A DNA stretch of 43,166 nucleotides from an uncultured bacterium (lineage in GTDB: Bacteria; Lernaellota; Lernaellaia; Lernaellales; Lernaellaceae): the NCBI GenBank assembly GCA_964534375.1, contig CAZHPN010000023.1:1-43166 (forward strand), in the 5' to 3' direction. Shown in pieces: positions 1 to 8,316 of this stretch. Position 1 is the first letter of the stretch; each line of letters opens with the position of its first letter. A program made the translations under genes and the position numbers. Below the pieces are notes generated by a model, which searched no databases, was not told where the DNA came from, and saw only the letters and a list, made by a program, of their open reading frames with translations.

Positions 1-1439
1 ACCTGGGCGCCGCGCGCGCGCATCGCCGCGAACGACTCGTGGCCCGGCGTGTCGACGAACGTGATCAGCCGGCCGTCCTTCATTTTGACGCTGTAGGCGC
101 CGATGTGCTGCGTGATGCCGCCCGCCTCGCCGCCGGCCACGTCGGTGTGGCGAATGGCGTCGAGCAACGTCGTCTTGCCGTGGTCGACGTGGCCCATGAC
201 CGTGACCACCGGCGGCCGCGACAGCTTCTGTTCGGCCGTGGACTCCACCGATTTGATGATGTCCATCTCTTCGACGGCCGAGCGCTCGGGCTCGAAGCCC
301 AGGTCGCCGGCGATGATCGCCGCGGTTTCGTAATCGATGTCCTGGTTGATCGTGACCATCGTGCCCAGGCCCAACAGCTTCTTGATGATTTCGCCGCTCT
401 TGACGCCCATGCGCTTGGCGAGTTCGCCGACGAGGATGTTGTCGGGCAGTTTCAACTTGCGCTTGATCGCCTTGGGCGTCGTGATCTCGGTCTGCCGCAC
501 GCCCTTCTTCTTTTTCGGCTGCTTGCGGCCGCGCAGGAATCCGGCCTCGTGTTCCTGGTCTTTGCGCCGTGCGCGGTCGCCGAAATCGACGATGCGCCGG
601 CCCTTGCGTTCGCGGTGCTCGCCTTCGGGCGTCGGCGCGGTCGTGGTCGGGGCGGCGCCGGGCCGCGCGCCGGCCGGGCCGCTGGGCTCCGGCGTGGCCG
701 GTTTGATCGGCTCGACCGGAATGACCGGCCGCGACAGAATCTTCGCGGGTTCGCGCGTCGTGTCGTGCAGCCGCAATTTCTTCGGTTTGATCGTTTCGAT
801 GGCCGGCATTTTCCGCTGTCGTCCCGGCCGCTCGGTCCATTGCGATTTGGGGGGCGGCGCGTCCGCCGCCGGCGCGGCGTCGGGCTCTGCCGGCGCGGGA
901 ACGTCCGTCGGCGCCGTCGCGGCCGGCGTCTCGGCGGCCGCCGCGGCGGTTTCGGACACCGGCGCTTGGACGGCGTCTGCCGCAGCCTGGGCTTCGGTCT
1001 CGACGGCGGCCGTTTCGGCGGCGGGGGCCGCGGTTAGGATGGTTTCGGCCGCGGCGGATTCGGCGCCGGCGGTCGCGGCCGGCGGTTCTTCGACTTCGGC
1101 GGCCGCTTCCGGCGCGGGGGCCTCGGCCGCGGCTTCGACCGGCGCGGGTTCGCCGGCTTCTTCTTCCGCAGCCGCTTCGGCCGGAACTTCTTCTTCGTCT
1201 TCGCGGACGCGGCGGCGCCGGATGACGCGGTTGCCAATGCGTTTGGATTCGCTCGACGCGGCGGCTTTGGCGCGGAGTTTCTCTTCGTCCAGGCGAGCTT
1301 TTACGCGCAGGAATACGTCGGTGTCGATCTTATCCAACTGGTCCCGGACCATGATGCCCATTTCCTGAAGACGCTTGATACAGTCTTCGGGCTCCATGTC
1401 CAACCGTTTGGCCGCCGCTTCAACGGTGATTTTCGCCAT
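1..1439 (-). CDS. infB: Translation initiation factor IF-2 (5' part; runs off window start)
   Basis: Missing from the ORF track because it has no stop inside the window. Manual minus-strand translation from ATG 1439 gives [28 protein letters not shown]..., an Ala/Glu/Pro-rich linker, then the G-domain motifs [17 protein letters not shown] and [20 protein letters not shown]. It lies downstream of nusA/ylxR. Confidence 0.97.
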   Translation of the reverse strand, partial: MAKITVEAAAKRLDMEPEDCIKRLQEMGIMVRDQLDKIDTDVFLRVKARLDEEKLRAKAAASSESKRIGNRVIRRRRVREDEEEVPAEAAAEEEAGEPAPVEAAAEAPAPEAAAEVEEPPAATAGAESAAAETILTAAPAAETAAVETEAQAAADAVQAPVSETAAAAAETPAATAPTDVPAPAEPDAAPAADAPPPKSQWTERPGRQRKMPAIETIKPKKLRLHDTTREPAKILSRPVIPVEPIKPATPEPSGPAGARPGAAPTTTAPTPEGEHRERKGRRIVDFGDRARRKDQEHEAGFLRGRKQPKKKKGVRQTEITTPKAIKRKLKLPDNILVGELAKRMGVKSGEIIKKLLGLGTMVTINQDIDYETAAIIAGDLGFEPERSAVEEMDIIKSVESTAEQKLSRPPVVTVMGHVDHGKTTLLDAIRHTDVAGGEAGGITQHIGAYSVKMKDGRLITFVDTPGHESFAAMRARGAQ

Positions 1440-1746
1440 GGTCTGCAACCCCGTTTCTCTGCTTCAGTTCCGCCGCCAGGCTTTGCATCTGCTGCAGCAG
1501 TTGTTCTTCGTCGATCGGCTGCGCCGCGCCGAGTTTCTTCGCATACAGGCGTTTGGCCAGCAATTTGCGCGAGCACGCCGCCGTCGGGCAGCAATACGCG
1601 CCGCGGCCGGTTCGCGGCGCGCTGCGCGTCAACGCCACGGCGCCGTCCGGCCCGCGATAAAGCCGCAGCAGCGCGGTTTGCGGGCTGCGTTCGCCGCAGG
1701 CGGCGCAACGGCGGTACGGCGTGTGGCTGGTCGTCGCGGTCTCTAT
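1420..1746 (-). CDS. ylxR: YlxR/RnpM (DUF448) family RNA-binding protein; start codon non-canonical or uncertain
   Basis: C-terminal part of ORF 1420..2148 reads PYRRCAACG...LLRL...[12 protein letters not shown], the YlxR pattern, in the canonical position between nusA and infB. There is no in-frame ATG/GTG/TTG near the motif; ATA at 1744-1746 overlaps the nusA stop. Confidence 0.85.
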   Translation of the reverse strand: METATTSHTPYRRCAACGERSPQTALLRLYRGPDGAVALTRSAPRTGRGAYCCPTAACSRKLLAKRLYAKKLGAAQPIDEEQLLQQMQSLAAELKQRNGVADHGENHR

Positions 1747-3386
1747 TGGATGTCTTCCTTCTTCATCTTGCTCACGGCTTCGCGCAGGTCTTCGGCGAGG
1801 GCGGCGCCCATGCCGGGCACCTTCGCCAACTCGTCGACCGAAGCGCGCAAGATCGCATTGCGCGTCGTGAAGCCGCGCTGAATCAGGAACTGCGCGGTCT
1901 TGCCGGCGATGCCCGGCAGCGCTTCCGGATGAATCTCGAAATCGTCCTCGTCGCGGAAGACCGGGGCCGGCGGCGCCGCCGGCGCGGGCTCGGCCGCGGC
2001 GGCCGGTTCTGTCGCGGCGGCGGGCTCTTCCGCTTTTTTCGGTTTCTCGGCGAAGAGATTGCGCGCGGCCTGCAGCGCCTGGTCGGCCTGGCCGACGTCG
2101 AGGTAGCCTTCTTCTTCCGGCTCCTCGGGCGGTTCGGGCAGCGGCCATTCGCCCGTGACGTAAATGGCGTAGGCCTCGTCGATGATCTCTTCGGCCAGCA
2201 CTTCGCTGATGCCCGGGAAGGCGGCCAGGTCTTCGATTTCCGCCTCGGCGAGGTCTTTGATCGTCGTGTAGCCGATCTTGATGAGAATTTCGTGCACGCC
2301 TTCGGGCGCCTTGGTCAGGCGCTTGTACATCCGGCGGGCCTCTTTCTCGATCTTCTTGAGCTGCGATTCGCTATGAATGTCGAGGCGCCAGCCGGTCAGT
2401 TGCACGGCGAGGCGGACATTCTGGCCGCGTTTGCCGATGGCGAGGCTGAGTTGGTCGTCGGCGACCACGATGTCCATTTTCTTGTTGTCTTCGTCGATGA
2501 TGACCTTCGTGATTTCCGCCGGCGCCAGGCCGTTGCAGACGAAGGTCGCGGTGTTTTCGGAATAGGGGATGATGTCGATTTTTTCGCCGCGCAATTCGTT
2601 GACGACCGCTTGCACGCGGCTGCCCTTCATGCCGACGCAGGCGCCGACCGGGTCGACGTTCGTTTCGCGGCTGGCGACGGCGATTTTCGCGCGCTGGCCG
2701 GGCTCGCGGGCGCAGGCGACGATCTGCACGGTGCCTTCGGCGATTTCCGGCACTTCCATTTCGAAGAGCTTCATCAGGAATTCGTTGCAGGCGCGGCTCA
2801 TGACGATCTGCGGCGCGTTGGTGGTGTTGCGCACCTCGGTGACGTAGCCGCGGATGCGGTCGCCGGCCTGGTAGGTTTCCTTGGGAATCTGGTCTTTCTG
2901 ATACATGATCGCCTCGGCGCGCCCGAGGTCGACGATCATGTTCCGCTTTTCGAAACGCCGCACGATGCCGTTGATGATTTCGTGCTCGCGGTCTTTGTAT
3001 TCGTTGAACACGTTCTCTTTTTCGGCGTCGCGAATCTTCTGGAAAATGACCTGCTTGGCCATCTGCGCGCTGATGCGGCCGAATTGGGCGGTGTCGATCT
3101 TTTCGCCGAGTTCGTCGCCCAGTTCGCTGTCCGGGTCGATGCGCCGGGCTTCCTCGAGCGTCACCTGATTCGTCTCGTCCTCGACCTCTTCGACGACCTC
3201 GCGGAACCGGAAGAGTTCGACTTCGCCGAGTTCCTCGTTGTATTCGGCCTCAATGTTGTAATCCAACCCCAATTTTTTTCGCGCCGCGGAAATCATCGCC
3301 GACTTCAGCGCTTCCACGACGACCGCTCGGGAGAGGCCGCGGTCTTTCACGACGGCGTCAATCACGCGGTTGAGGTCTGAATACAT
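1743..3386 (-). CDS. nusA: Transcription termination/antitermination factor NusA with C-terminal acidic/HhH-like extension
   Basis: [19 protein letters not shown]1 domain, [47 protein letters not shown] motifs; operon context. Confidence 0.98.
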   Translation of the reverse strand: MYSDLNRVIDAVVKDRGLSRAVVVEALKSAMISAARKKLGLDYNIEAEYNEELGEVELFRFREVVEEVEDETNQVTLEEARRIDPDSELGDELGEKIDTAQFGRISAQMAKQVIFQKIRDAEKENVFNEYKDREHEIINGIVRRFEKRNMIVDLGRAEAIMYQKDQIPKETYQAGDRIRGYVTEVRNTTNAPQIVMSRACNEFLMKLFEMEVPEIAEGTVQIVACAREPGQRAKIAVASRETNVDPVGACVGMKGSRVQAVVNELRGEKIDIIPYSENTATFVCNGLAPAEITKVIIDEDNKKMDIVVADDQLSLAIGKRGQNVRLAVQLTGWRLDIHSESQLKKIEKEARRMYKRLTKAPEGVHEILIKIGYTTIKDLAEAEIEDLAAFPGISEVLAEEIIDEAYAIYVTGEWPLPEPPEEPEEEGYLDVGQADQALQAARNLFAEKPKKAEEPAAATEPAAAAEPAPAAPPAPVFRDEDDFEIHPEALPGIAGKTAQFLIQRGFTTRNAILRASVDELAKVPGMGAALAEDLREAVSKMKKEDIQ

Positions 3387-3398
3387 CGGTTCACTCCT

Positions 3399-3890
3399 TT
3401 ATCGCCCGCTAGGCTCGAATTCGTAGACGAGGTTGGCTTTGCGCACCTGCGACGCCGGCATGACATAGCGCCGGCCGTCCACTTCCACCACCATCGCGTC
3501 CTCGACGACCTCGAGCAGTTTGCCGAAAAAACGGCGCCGGCCTTCCACCGGCTCCCCGGTTTCAATGCGCACTTTGGCGCCGATCGCCTGTTGCGCGTCC
3601 GCCAGATGGCGAATCGGCCGATCCAAACCCGGACTCGAAACTTCCAGGTTGTACGGCCCGCGGATCGGCTCGTTCACATCCAGCGCCGCGGAGAGGCGCT
3701 GGCTCACCTTCGCGCAGTCCTCAACGTCCACGCCGCCGATCGCGTCGATCATCACGCGAATGACCGCGCGCCCGCGGCCCTGCGTCACTTCCACGACAAA
3801 GAGATCGACGCCGCACGAGGCGCACACCGGCTCCGCCAATTCGCGAATTTTCTTGCTGACCGGCGTTTCGCGAAAAAACTGCCAATCCAT
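3399..3890 (-). CDS. rimP: Ribosome maturation factor RimP
   Basis: From ATG 3890 (MDWQFFRETPV...): GVDVEDCAKVS, YNLEVSSPGLDRP, GRRRFFGKL, KANLVYEF. First gene of the nusA-infB operon. Confidence 0.96.
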   Translation of the reverse strand: MDWQFFRETPVSKKIRELAEPVCASCGVDLFVVEVTQGRGRAVIRVMIDAIGGVDVEDCAKVSQRLSAALDVNEPIRGPYNLEVSSPGLDRPIRHLADAQQAIGAKVRIETGEPVEGRRRFFGKLLEVVEDAMVVEVDGRRYVMPASQVRKANLVYEFEPSGR

Positions 3891-3932
3891 CTTCCGTCTC
3901 CGTCTGCGATGCGCCGCGCGCTGTCCCCCAGC

Positions 3933-3969
3933 AAAAAAGCGGGTTGCCCCCGGAGGCATGCCCGCTTTT
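3933..3969 (-). promoter_or_regulatory. rimP leader hairpin (terminator/attenuator-like)
   Basis: Minus strand AAAAGCGGG-catgcctccgggggcaa-CCCGCTTTTTT, between the promoter and rimP. Position and shape match the conserved rimP-leader. Confidence 0.75.
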
Positions 3970-3992
3970 GATCGCAGACAAAATGTGGCCTT

Positions 3993-4021
3993 TCTATAAC
4001 ACCGGGAAAAAGGGTGCGCAA
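3993..4021 (-). promoter_or_regulatory. sigma70-type promoter for rimP-nusA-ylxR-infB
   Basis: TTGCGC-N17-TATAGA with TG at the extended -10 position, just upstream of the leader hairpin. Confidence 0.6.
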
Positions 4022-4033
4022 GGGGGGATGGCC

Positions 4034-4236
4034 AAGGAAAAAGTAAGAAGGAAAAAGGAAAAAGCAGGCGGAAAGCGAAAGGCAGAAGGCAAAAAGCACG
4101 CCGCGCCGCGGCTCGAGTAAGGCCCATAAGACGTATAGGTCCTATAGGACGTATAGGTCCTATCTCGCGGCCGGCAAATCCGTGGTCATCCCGGATCCCG
4201 GATCCCGAGTCCCGGAACCCGGAACCCGGAACCCGA
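4034..4236. repeat. Cluster of three different short tandem repeat arrays
   Basis: Degenerate AAGGMAR heptamers (4034-4098); 9-mer ATAGGACGT/ATAGGTCCT x4 (4126-4161); CCCGGAW heptamer x6 (4190-4231). Confidence 0.85.
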
Positions 4237-4282
4237 TTGCTCCTTCTTGCGCCGACACCTGAAATCGTGGGAAATAAGCCCG

Positions 4283-5824
4283 ATGCGCAAATTCCAGCAA
4301 TTTCTCCGCCGCCAGGCCGACCCGCTGTTTTACGGCGGCGTCGCGTTAACGGCTGTTCTGTATTTTTGTCTCGTCTGGCCCGGCCTCGGCGGCCCCGTCT
4401 TATGGAACGACGAAGCCAACACCGCGATGCTTGCCGACAATATCCGGCAGCACGGCGTGCCGTTGGCGGACTACGGGCAGCACGTCGTCGACAAAGAAAT
4501 TTATTCGAAGAATTTTCTCGGCGTCGAGGCCGGACACGGCTGGCTCTCGTTTTATCTCTGCGCGCTCAGCTTCGCGATCGGCGGCGAAACGGAATTTGCC
4601 GCGCGGGCGCCGTTCGCGGTCTGCGGCGCGCTGGCCGTGCTCGCCGTGGCCTTCGTCGGGCGGCTGCTGTACGGCCGTTTCCTCGGCTGGCTGGCCGGCT
4701 TGCTGCTGGCGCTCAATCCGATTTTCTTGCAGTACTGCCGGCAGAGCCGCTACTACGCCCTCGTGCTGCTGCTGACCCCGGTGACGCTCGGCGCGTATCT
4801 GCTGGTGCGCGACAAACGGCTGCGCTGGTTCGCGCTGCCCCTGGCGGCGTTTTTCCTGTTTCACGCGTCCGAATATTTTTGCGCGATCGTCCTGGCCGGC
4901 CTGTTCCTCGCCGATGCCGCGCGGCTCGCCTGGGCCCGGGCGGGCGGCCCGCCGGTGCTCGACCGCCTGCCGTGGAAACGGATCATCCTGGGCTGCGCGG
5001 CGCTGATTTTGCCGTGGGTCGTTTTTTTCAGCATTGGCCGCTCGCTGACCGAGCATGTGGCGTTCAACCTGTCCGACCTGTGGCGCCACGTCCGCCTGGG
5101 GTTTCGTTCGGTTTGGGAGTTTTTCCCCTATTTGATCGTTCTGGGGGCGCTGCCGATGGCGCCGCGCCGCGCTTCGTATTTTCCCGTCGCCGCGGCGGCG
5201 ATCACGCTGGCGCTGATTATCCTGATTCCCGACGCGATTTTCACGCCGGGCGGCGGCCTGAACGGGCGTTATCTGATGCACCTGCTGCCGCTGGGCGCCC
5301 TGATCGCGGCGCGGGGCCTCGGCCTGCTGCGCTGGAAATGGACCTGGTTGGCGGCGCCGGCGATCGTGCTGCTCGGCTTGATCCCCGGCGCGTCCGGCGC
5401 GGGCGACATGTGGCAGAAATTCGAACGCGCCCAACACTTCTATCGCCACTTGCCGCATCCCGATCCGGAGCGTCTGGCGCTGGCGTCGGCCGCGGAAGCG
5501 ATCGGCCGCAACCAGCGCGTCTTTGTCAGCGGCAGCTACGAATACGAGTTCATCTACTACGTGCTCGGCCGCGACCGGATCGCGAGCCCGTGGAAAGCCC
5601 GTTGTGCGCCGGGAATGCCGCAAACGTCCGTGGTGATCGTCAATCAGGAAAACTACGACGAAGGCATCACCATGCACGATTGCCCGTTCGTCATCCAATG
5701 CCGGGAAACCATCTACCGCGACCGCACCGTTCTCGGCGCGAATTGGGCCGAAGGCCCGAAGGTGTTCCCCGCCCGGCCGTACATGGGCATTTGGGAGTGC
5801 CCGCCGCGCGGGGTCGGACAGTAG
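4283..5824 (+). CDS. ArnT/PMT-like (GT39/GT83, GT-C fold) membrane glycosyltransferase
   Basis: N-terminal TM helix, LWNDEA acidic motif, EFAARAPFA, LLALNP...RQSRYYAL and many TM segments. Confidence 0.8.
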   Translation: MRKFQQFLRRQADPLFYGGVALTAVLYFCLVWPGLGGPVLWNDEANTAMLADNIRQHGVPLADYGQHVVDKEIYSKNFLGVEAGHGWLSFYLCALSFAIGGETEFAARAPFAVCGALAVLAVAFVGRLLYGRFLGWLAGLLLALNPIFLQYCRQSRYYALVLLLTPVTLGAYLLVRDKRLRWFALPLAAFFLFHASEYFCAIVLAGLFLADAARLAWARAGGPPVLDRLPWKRIILGCAALILPWVVFFSIGRSLTEHVAFNLSDLWRHVRLGFRSVWEFFPYLIVLGALPMAPRRASYFPVAAAAITLALIILIPDAIFTPGGGLNGRYLMHLLPLGALIAARGLGLLRWKWTWLAAPAIVLLGLIPGASGAGDMWQKFERAQHFYRHLPHPDPERLALASAAEAIGRNQRVFVSGSYEYEFIYYVLGRDRIASPWKARCAPGMPQTSVVIVNQENYDEGITMHDCPFVIQCRETIYRDRTVLGANWAEGPKVFPARPYMGIWECPPRGVGQ

Positions 5825-5832
5825 CGGGAAGA

Positions 5833-5860
5833 AGTGGTCAGCGGCCAGTGGTCGGTGGTC
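5833..5860 (+). repeat. AGTGGTC heptamer array (4 degenerate copies)
   Basis: agtggtc agcggcc agtggtc ggtggtc, starting 9 nt after the glycosyltransferase stop. Confidence 0.75.
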
Positions 5861-5954
5861 TGTGACGGGCAACTGGCCGCGCGGGCGCTGGATTTAGCGT
5901 GGGCTCCCAAGGGGTCGTATGTACGTCAAGGAAACGGTCGCCGCCTTCGTCAAA

Positions 5955-6016
5955 CCTGGGACCGCGGGTGTCCTCACCCGCACTTGCCCTGGGACCGCGG
6001 GTGTCCCCACCCGCAC
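5955..6016 (+). repeat. Two direct copies of a 29-bp REP-like palindromic unit
   Basis: cctgggaccgcgggtgtccYcacccgcac at 5955-5983 and 5988-6016 (1 mismatch). Each copy has the hairpin GCGGGTG-tccY-CACCCGC. Confidence 0.8.
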
Positions 6017-6250
6017 GTTGATCGGCGCGCGCAACGTGCGTGAAGACCCATGCGACGCCCCGCTGGGGCTGGCCTCGATCGGGAATTTTGCAGGAGGCTC
6101 GACCACCGGCCACGGGCACCTGACTACGATTGAATCCGCGGGACAAAGTACTTAGGTGGGGGCCCTTCCGGCGCGGTCGAGCCTTCCGCAGATTGGACGG
6201 CGCCGTCAGAAACTGCGGATCGCCGCAAATAAATGCTGTGTCGCCGGAAT

Positions 6251-6400
6251 TCAATCCAGAGCGGTGAGGTAGTACGCCTTGTCGTCGGTGATCCCCGCCC
6301 GGTTGACCAACTCCAGCACGGCGACCTTCTGCTGGTCGGCGCCTCGACCGGGCACGGCCAGCAGCAGCAAGAGCAACAACGGCAGAATGCGTTTGCCCAT
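6251..6400 (-). pseudogene. Truncated (49 aa) copy of the N-terminal module shared with the two upstream secreted proteins
   Basis: Strong SD (GGGAGGTG), signal peptide MGKRILPLLLLLLLAVPGRGA, then KVAVLELVNRAGITDDKAYYLT, homologous to KVAILELVNKAGLTDDEAAYLT of 6520..8316. It stops 3 codons later. Confidence 0.75.
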
Positions 6401-6519
6401 TACTCTCTCACCTCCCTCGCAGCGGCCGGCGGTCCGGTGGAAGCACTCGATTCGCAGCCGACCTACCAAAGGGGGTAGCCCGTCAGGATTTCCCAAAAGT
6501 GACCAAAGCACTAAACGGC

Positions 6520-8316
6520 CTATTGGCCGCCACGTACACAACGCCAGTAGAGGGCGGGGACGTCGTAGCCGAGGTGAGCGCCGCTGACATCGCCGTGTTT
6601 GAAACCGACAATCCAACGCAGTTCGCTGCTCTTTCCCGCGACGGGCGAGGACGACACATACCAATCGGCATTGCCTGAGATTTCCGGTGGCCAGTACGCG
6701 CCGCCCGACCCCGGGCCACCGTTTTCTGAGCAACCTCGACAGATATCATTCCAACAACTTACGCCCGAGCAGCTGTCAGACACGCGGCAGGAGCCGCCCG
6801 CCTGAGTGGCCGGGCAACCGCGGATCAGGCTCCGAAGCTCGGATTCAGTCGGCAACCGCCAGTCGCTGTAGCCGCCCAAACTAAGATTCCTACAGTAATT
6901 GGGCGCATTCTGGTAATTGGAGTTAAATCCAACCGTTGCGCCGTTTTGCCACATCAAACCAGTATTTGGATCGGTCCACGTTTCACGCGGAGCCCCCCGA
7001 AGCGGCGGTGAAGGGTCTGCGTTCTTCACGGCCAACGATTTCCACCAATATTCTCCTCGGCCCGGCCAAACAGACGCTTTCAATGAGATTTCGGCGCCTG
7101 CGGGGTAATCGGCGTCTGCCGTCCAAGCGCACGTATCGAACCCTTCCGAAGCGCTGCCACACAGAATCGAACCGTGCAGACCGGACGTGGCGTTGTTGAT
7201 TTTCGGCGCGCCGTTTACGAAGACCGCCCAATTGGTGAAATTGCCGCAATCGGTATGATAGACCTTTACCTCGACGATCTCACCTGCGTGCAGATCCCGG
7301 ATCAGATGCTGGACCAAACAAACCGCGCTCGGGGCGCCGTTGATGACAACGTGCGCGCTGCCCCCGTGAGCCGCCGTCCACGAAACTCTACCCGGCGTTT
7401 CGTTCGGATTTGGGTCGCACGGATTGCCTATCGTCCAATAGGACAAGTCTTTGTCAAAGGATCCGTTGCGCAGAATTGGACCGGCGCCGCCGGCGCCAAG
7501 GCCGCCGCCGCCGGAAGATGGCGCCGCGGCGGCGCGTGCAACATGAATGATTGCCGTCGCGCTCAGTGTGCTCCAGCTTGCGGTCACCGTGCAGACTCCT
7601 TCGCCGTTGCCGATCACTTTGCCGCCGACCACCGTGGCCACACTCGCGCGGTCGGTTTTCCAGTCAATCGGCTTGCCCATGATCTCCTTGCCGGCCATGT
7701 CGATGACCTTCGCGGTCAGGGCTGTCTTGTCGCCCACGCAAAGTTGCAATTCGGTCGGCGTGATCACAATCGCTTGCGGCGCGGCGGCGCCGGACGCGGG
7801 CGCGGGCGGCACGCCGGTGTGCGCCAGAATCTTGGTGAACAGCACGTCGGAGCTGGCCTCGATCGCCTTTTCCAGTTCCTTCAGCGTCGCCCCTTCCGCC
7901 GCGTGCGCGCCGAGGAACGCGCCGCTCCGGCTGTGGTGCGCCTTCAGGTTCGCGCGGAACTCGCCCGCAAACTTCAAGATCTCGCCGGTGACGATGTAAT
8001 CCGCCCCGATCTGCCGGCCGACTTCGACCTCGCACGACGCTGTGGTGCATTTCTTGAGGTCCGTTCCGGGCGGCAACAACTCCACCAGGCTCTCGCGCGT
8101 AATGACGAGGAAGCCGTGCCCGGCCAGCGACTCGCTCGCCGCGTCGCGCACCTTGTCGGTCAGGTAGGCGGCCTCGTCGTCGGTAAGGCCGGCCTTGTTG
8201 ACCAACTCCAATATGGCGACCTTCTTGACGTCGGCCTGGGCGAAGCCCACCTGATCCGACGCGGCGAACGCCAGCGCCGCCAAGGCGAGAATCGTCACAA
8301 ATGGCATCGTTTTCAT
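6520..8316 (-). CDS. Secreted modular protein: CsgG/TolB_N-like alpha/beta module + Ig-like (Big_2) + CBM-like jelly roll + C-terminal DUF1566/Lcl (CLec-fold) domain
   Basis: Signal peptide; EVGRQIGADYIVTGEI; ITP..LQLCVG...WKTDRASVATV..G.V.G.GEG...VTAS (Big_2); ILRNGSFD (CBM4/9-like start); WTDPNTGLMWQ, YCRNLSLGGYSDWRLPTESELRSL, W.V.F..G, RCVRGGQ (DUF1566). ATGA overlap with the upstream gene. Confidence 0.82.
   Translation of the reverse strand: MKTMPFVTILALAALAFAASDQVGFAQADVKKVAILELVNKAGLTDDEAAYLTDKVRDAASESLAGHGFLVITRESLVELLPPGTDLKKCTTASCEVEVGRQIGADYIVTGEILKFAGEFRANLKAHHSRSGAFLGAHAAEGATLKELEKAIEASSDVLFTKILAHTGVPPAPASGAAAPQAIVITPTELQLCVGDKTALTAKVIDMAGKEIMGKPIDWKTDRASVATVVGGKVIGNGEGVCTVTASWSTLSATAIIHVARAAAAPSSGGGGLGAGGAGPILRNGSFDKDLSYWTIGNPCDPNPNETPGRVSWTAAHGGSAHVVINGAPSAVCLVQHLIRDLHAGEIVEVKVYHTDCGNFTNWAVFVNGAPKINNATSGLHGSILCGSASEGFDTCAWTADADYPAGAEISLKASVWPGRGEYWWKSLAVKNADPSPPLRGAPRETWTDPNTGLMWQNGATVGFNSNYQNAPNYCRNLSLGGYSDWRLPTESELRSLIRGCPATQAGGSCRVSDSCSGVSCWNDICRGCSENGGPGSGGAYWPPEISGNADWYVSSSPVAGKSSELRWIVGFKHGDVSGAHLGYDVPALYWRCVRGGQ

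Noticed and set aside
1420..2148. NusA-YlxR fusion by programmed frameshift, or a 242-aa YlxR
   Set aside because: There is no slippery heptamer at the junction, and the upstream part is an alternative frame of nusA.
39..3380. Long plus-strand ORFs (39..1037, 337..1368, 1746..3380) and similar antisense ORFs elsewhere
   Set aside because: They are shadow frames of infB, nusA and other real genes, as expected in high-GC DNA, and show no recognisable motifs.
5870..6240. tRNA, tmRNA, 6S or RNase P RNA in the structured intergenic region
   Set aside because: No T-loop/CCA end, RNase P signature or convincing 6S central bubble could be identified by eye. It is kept only as an unexplained hairpin.
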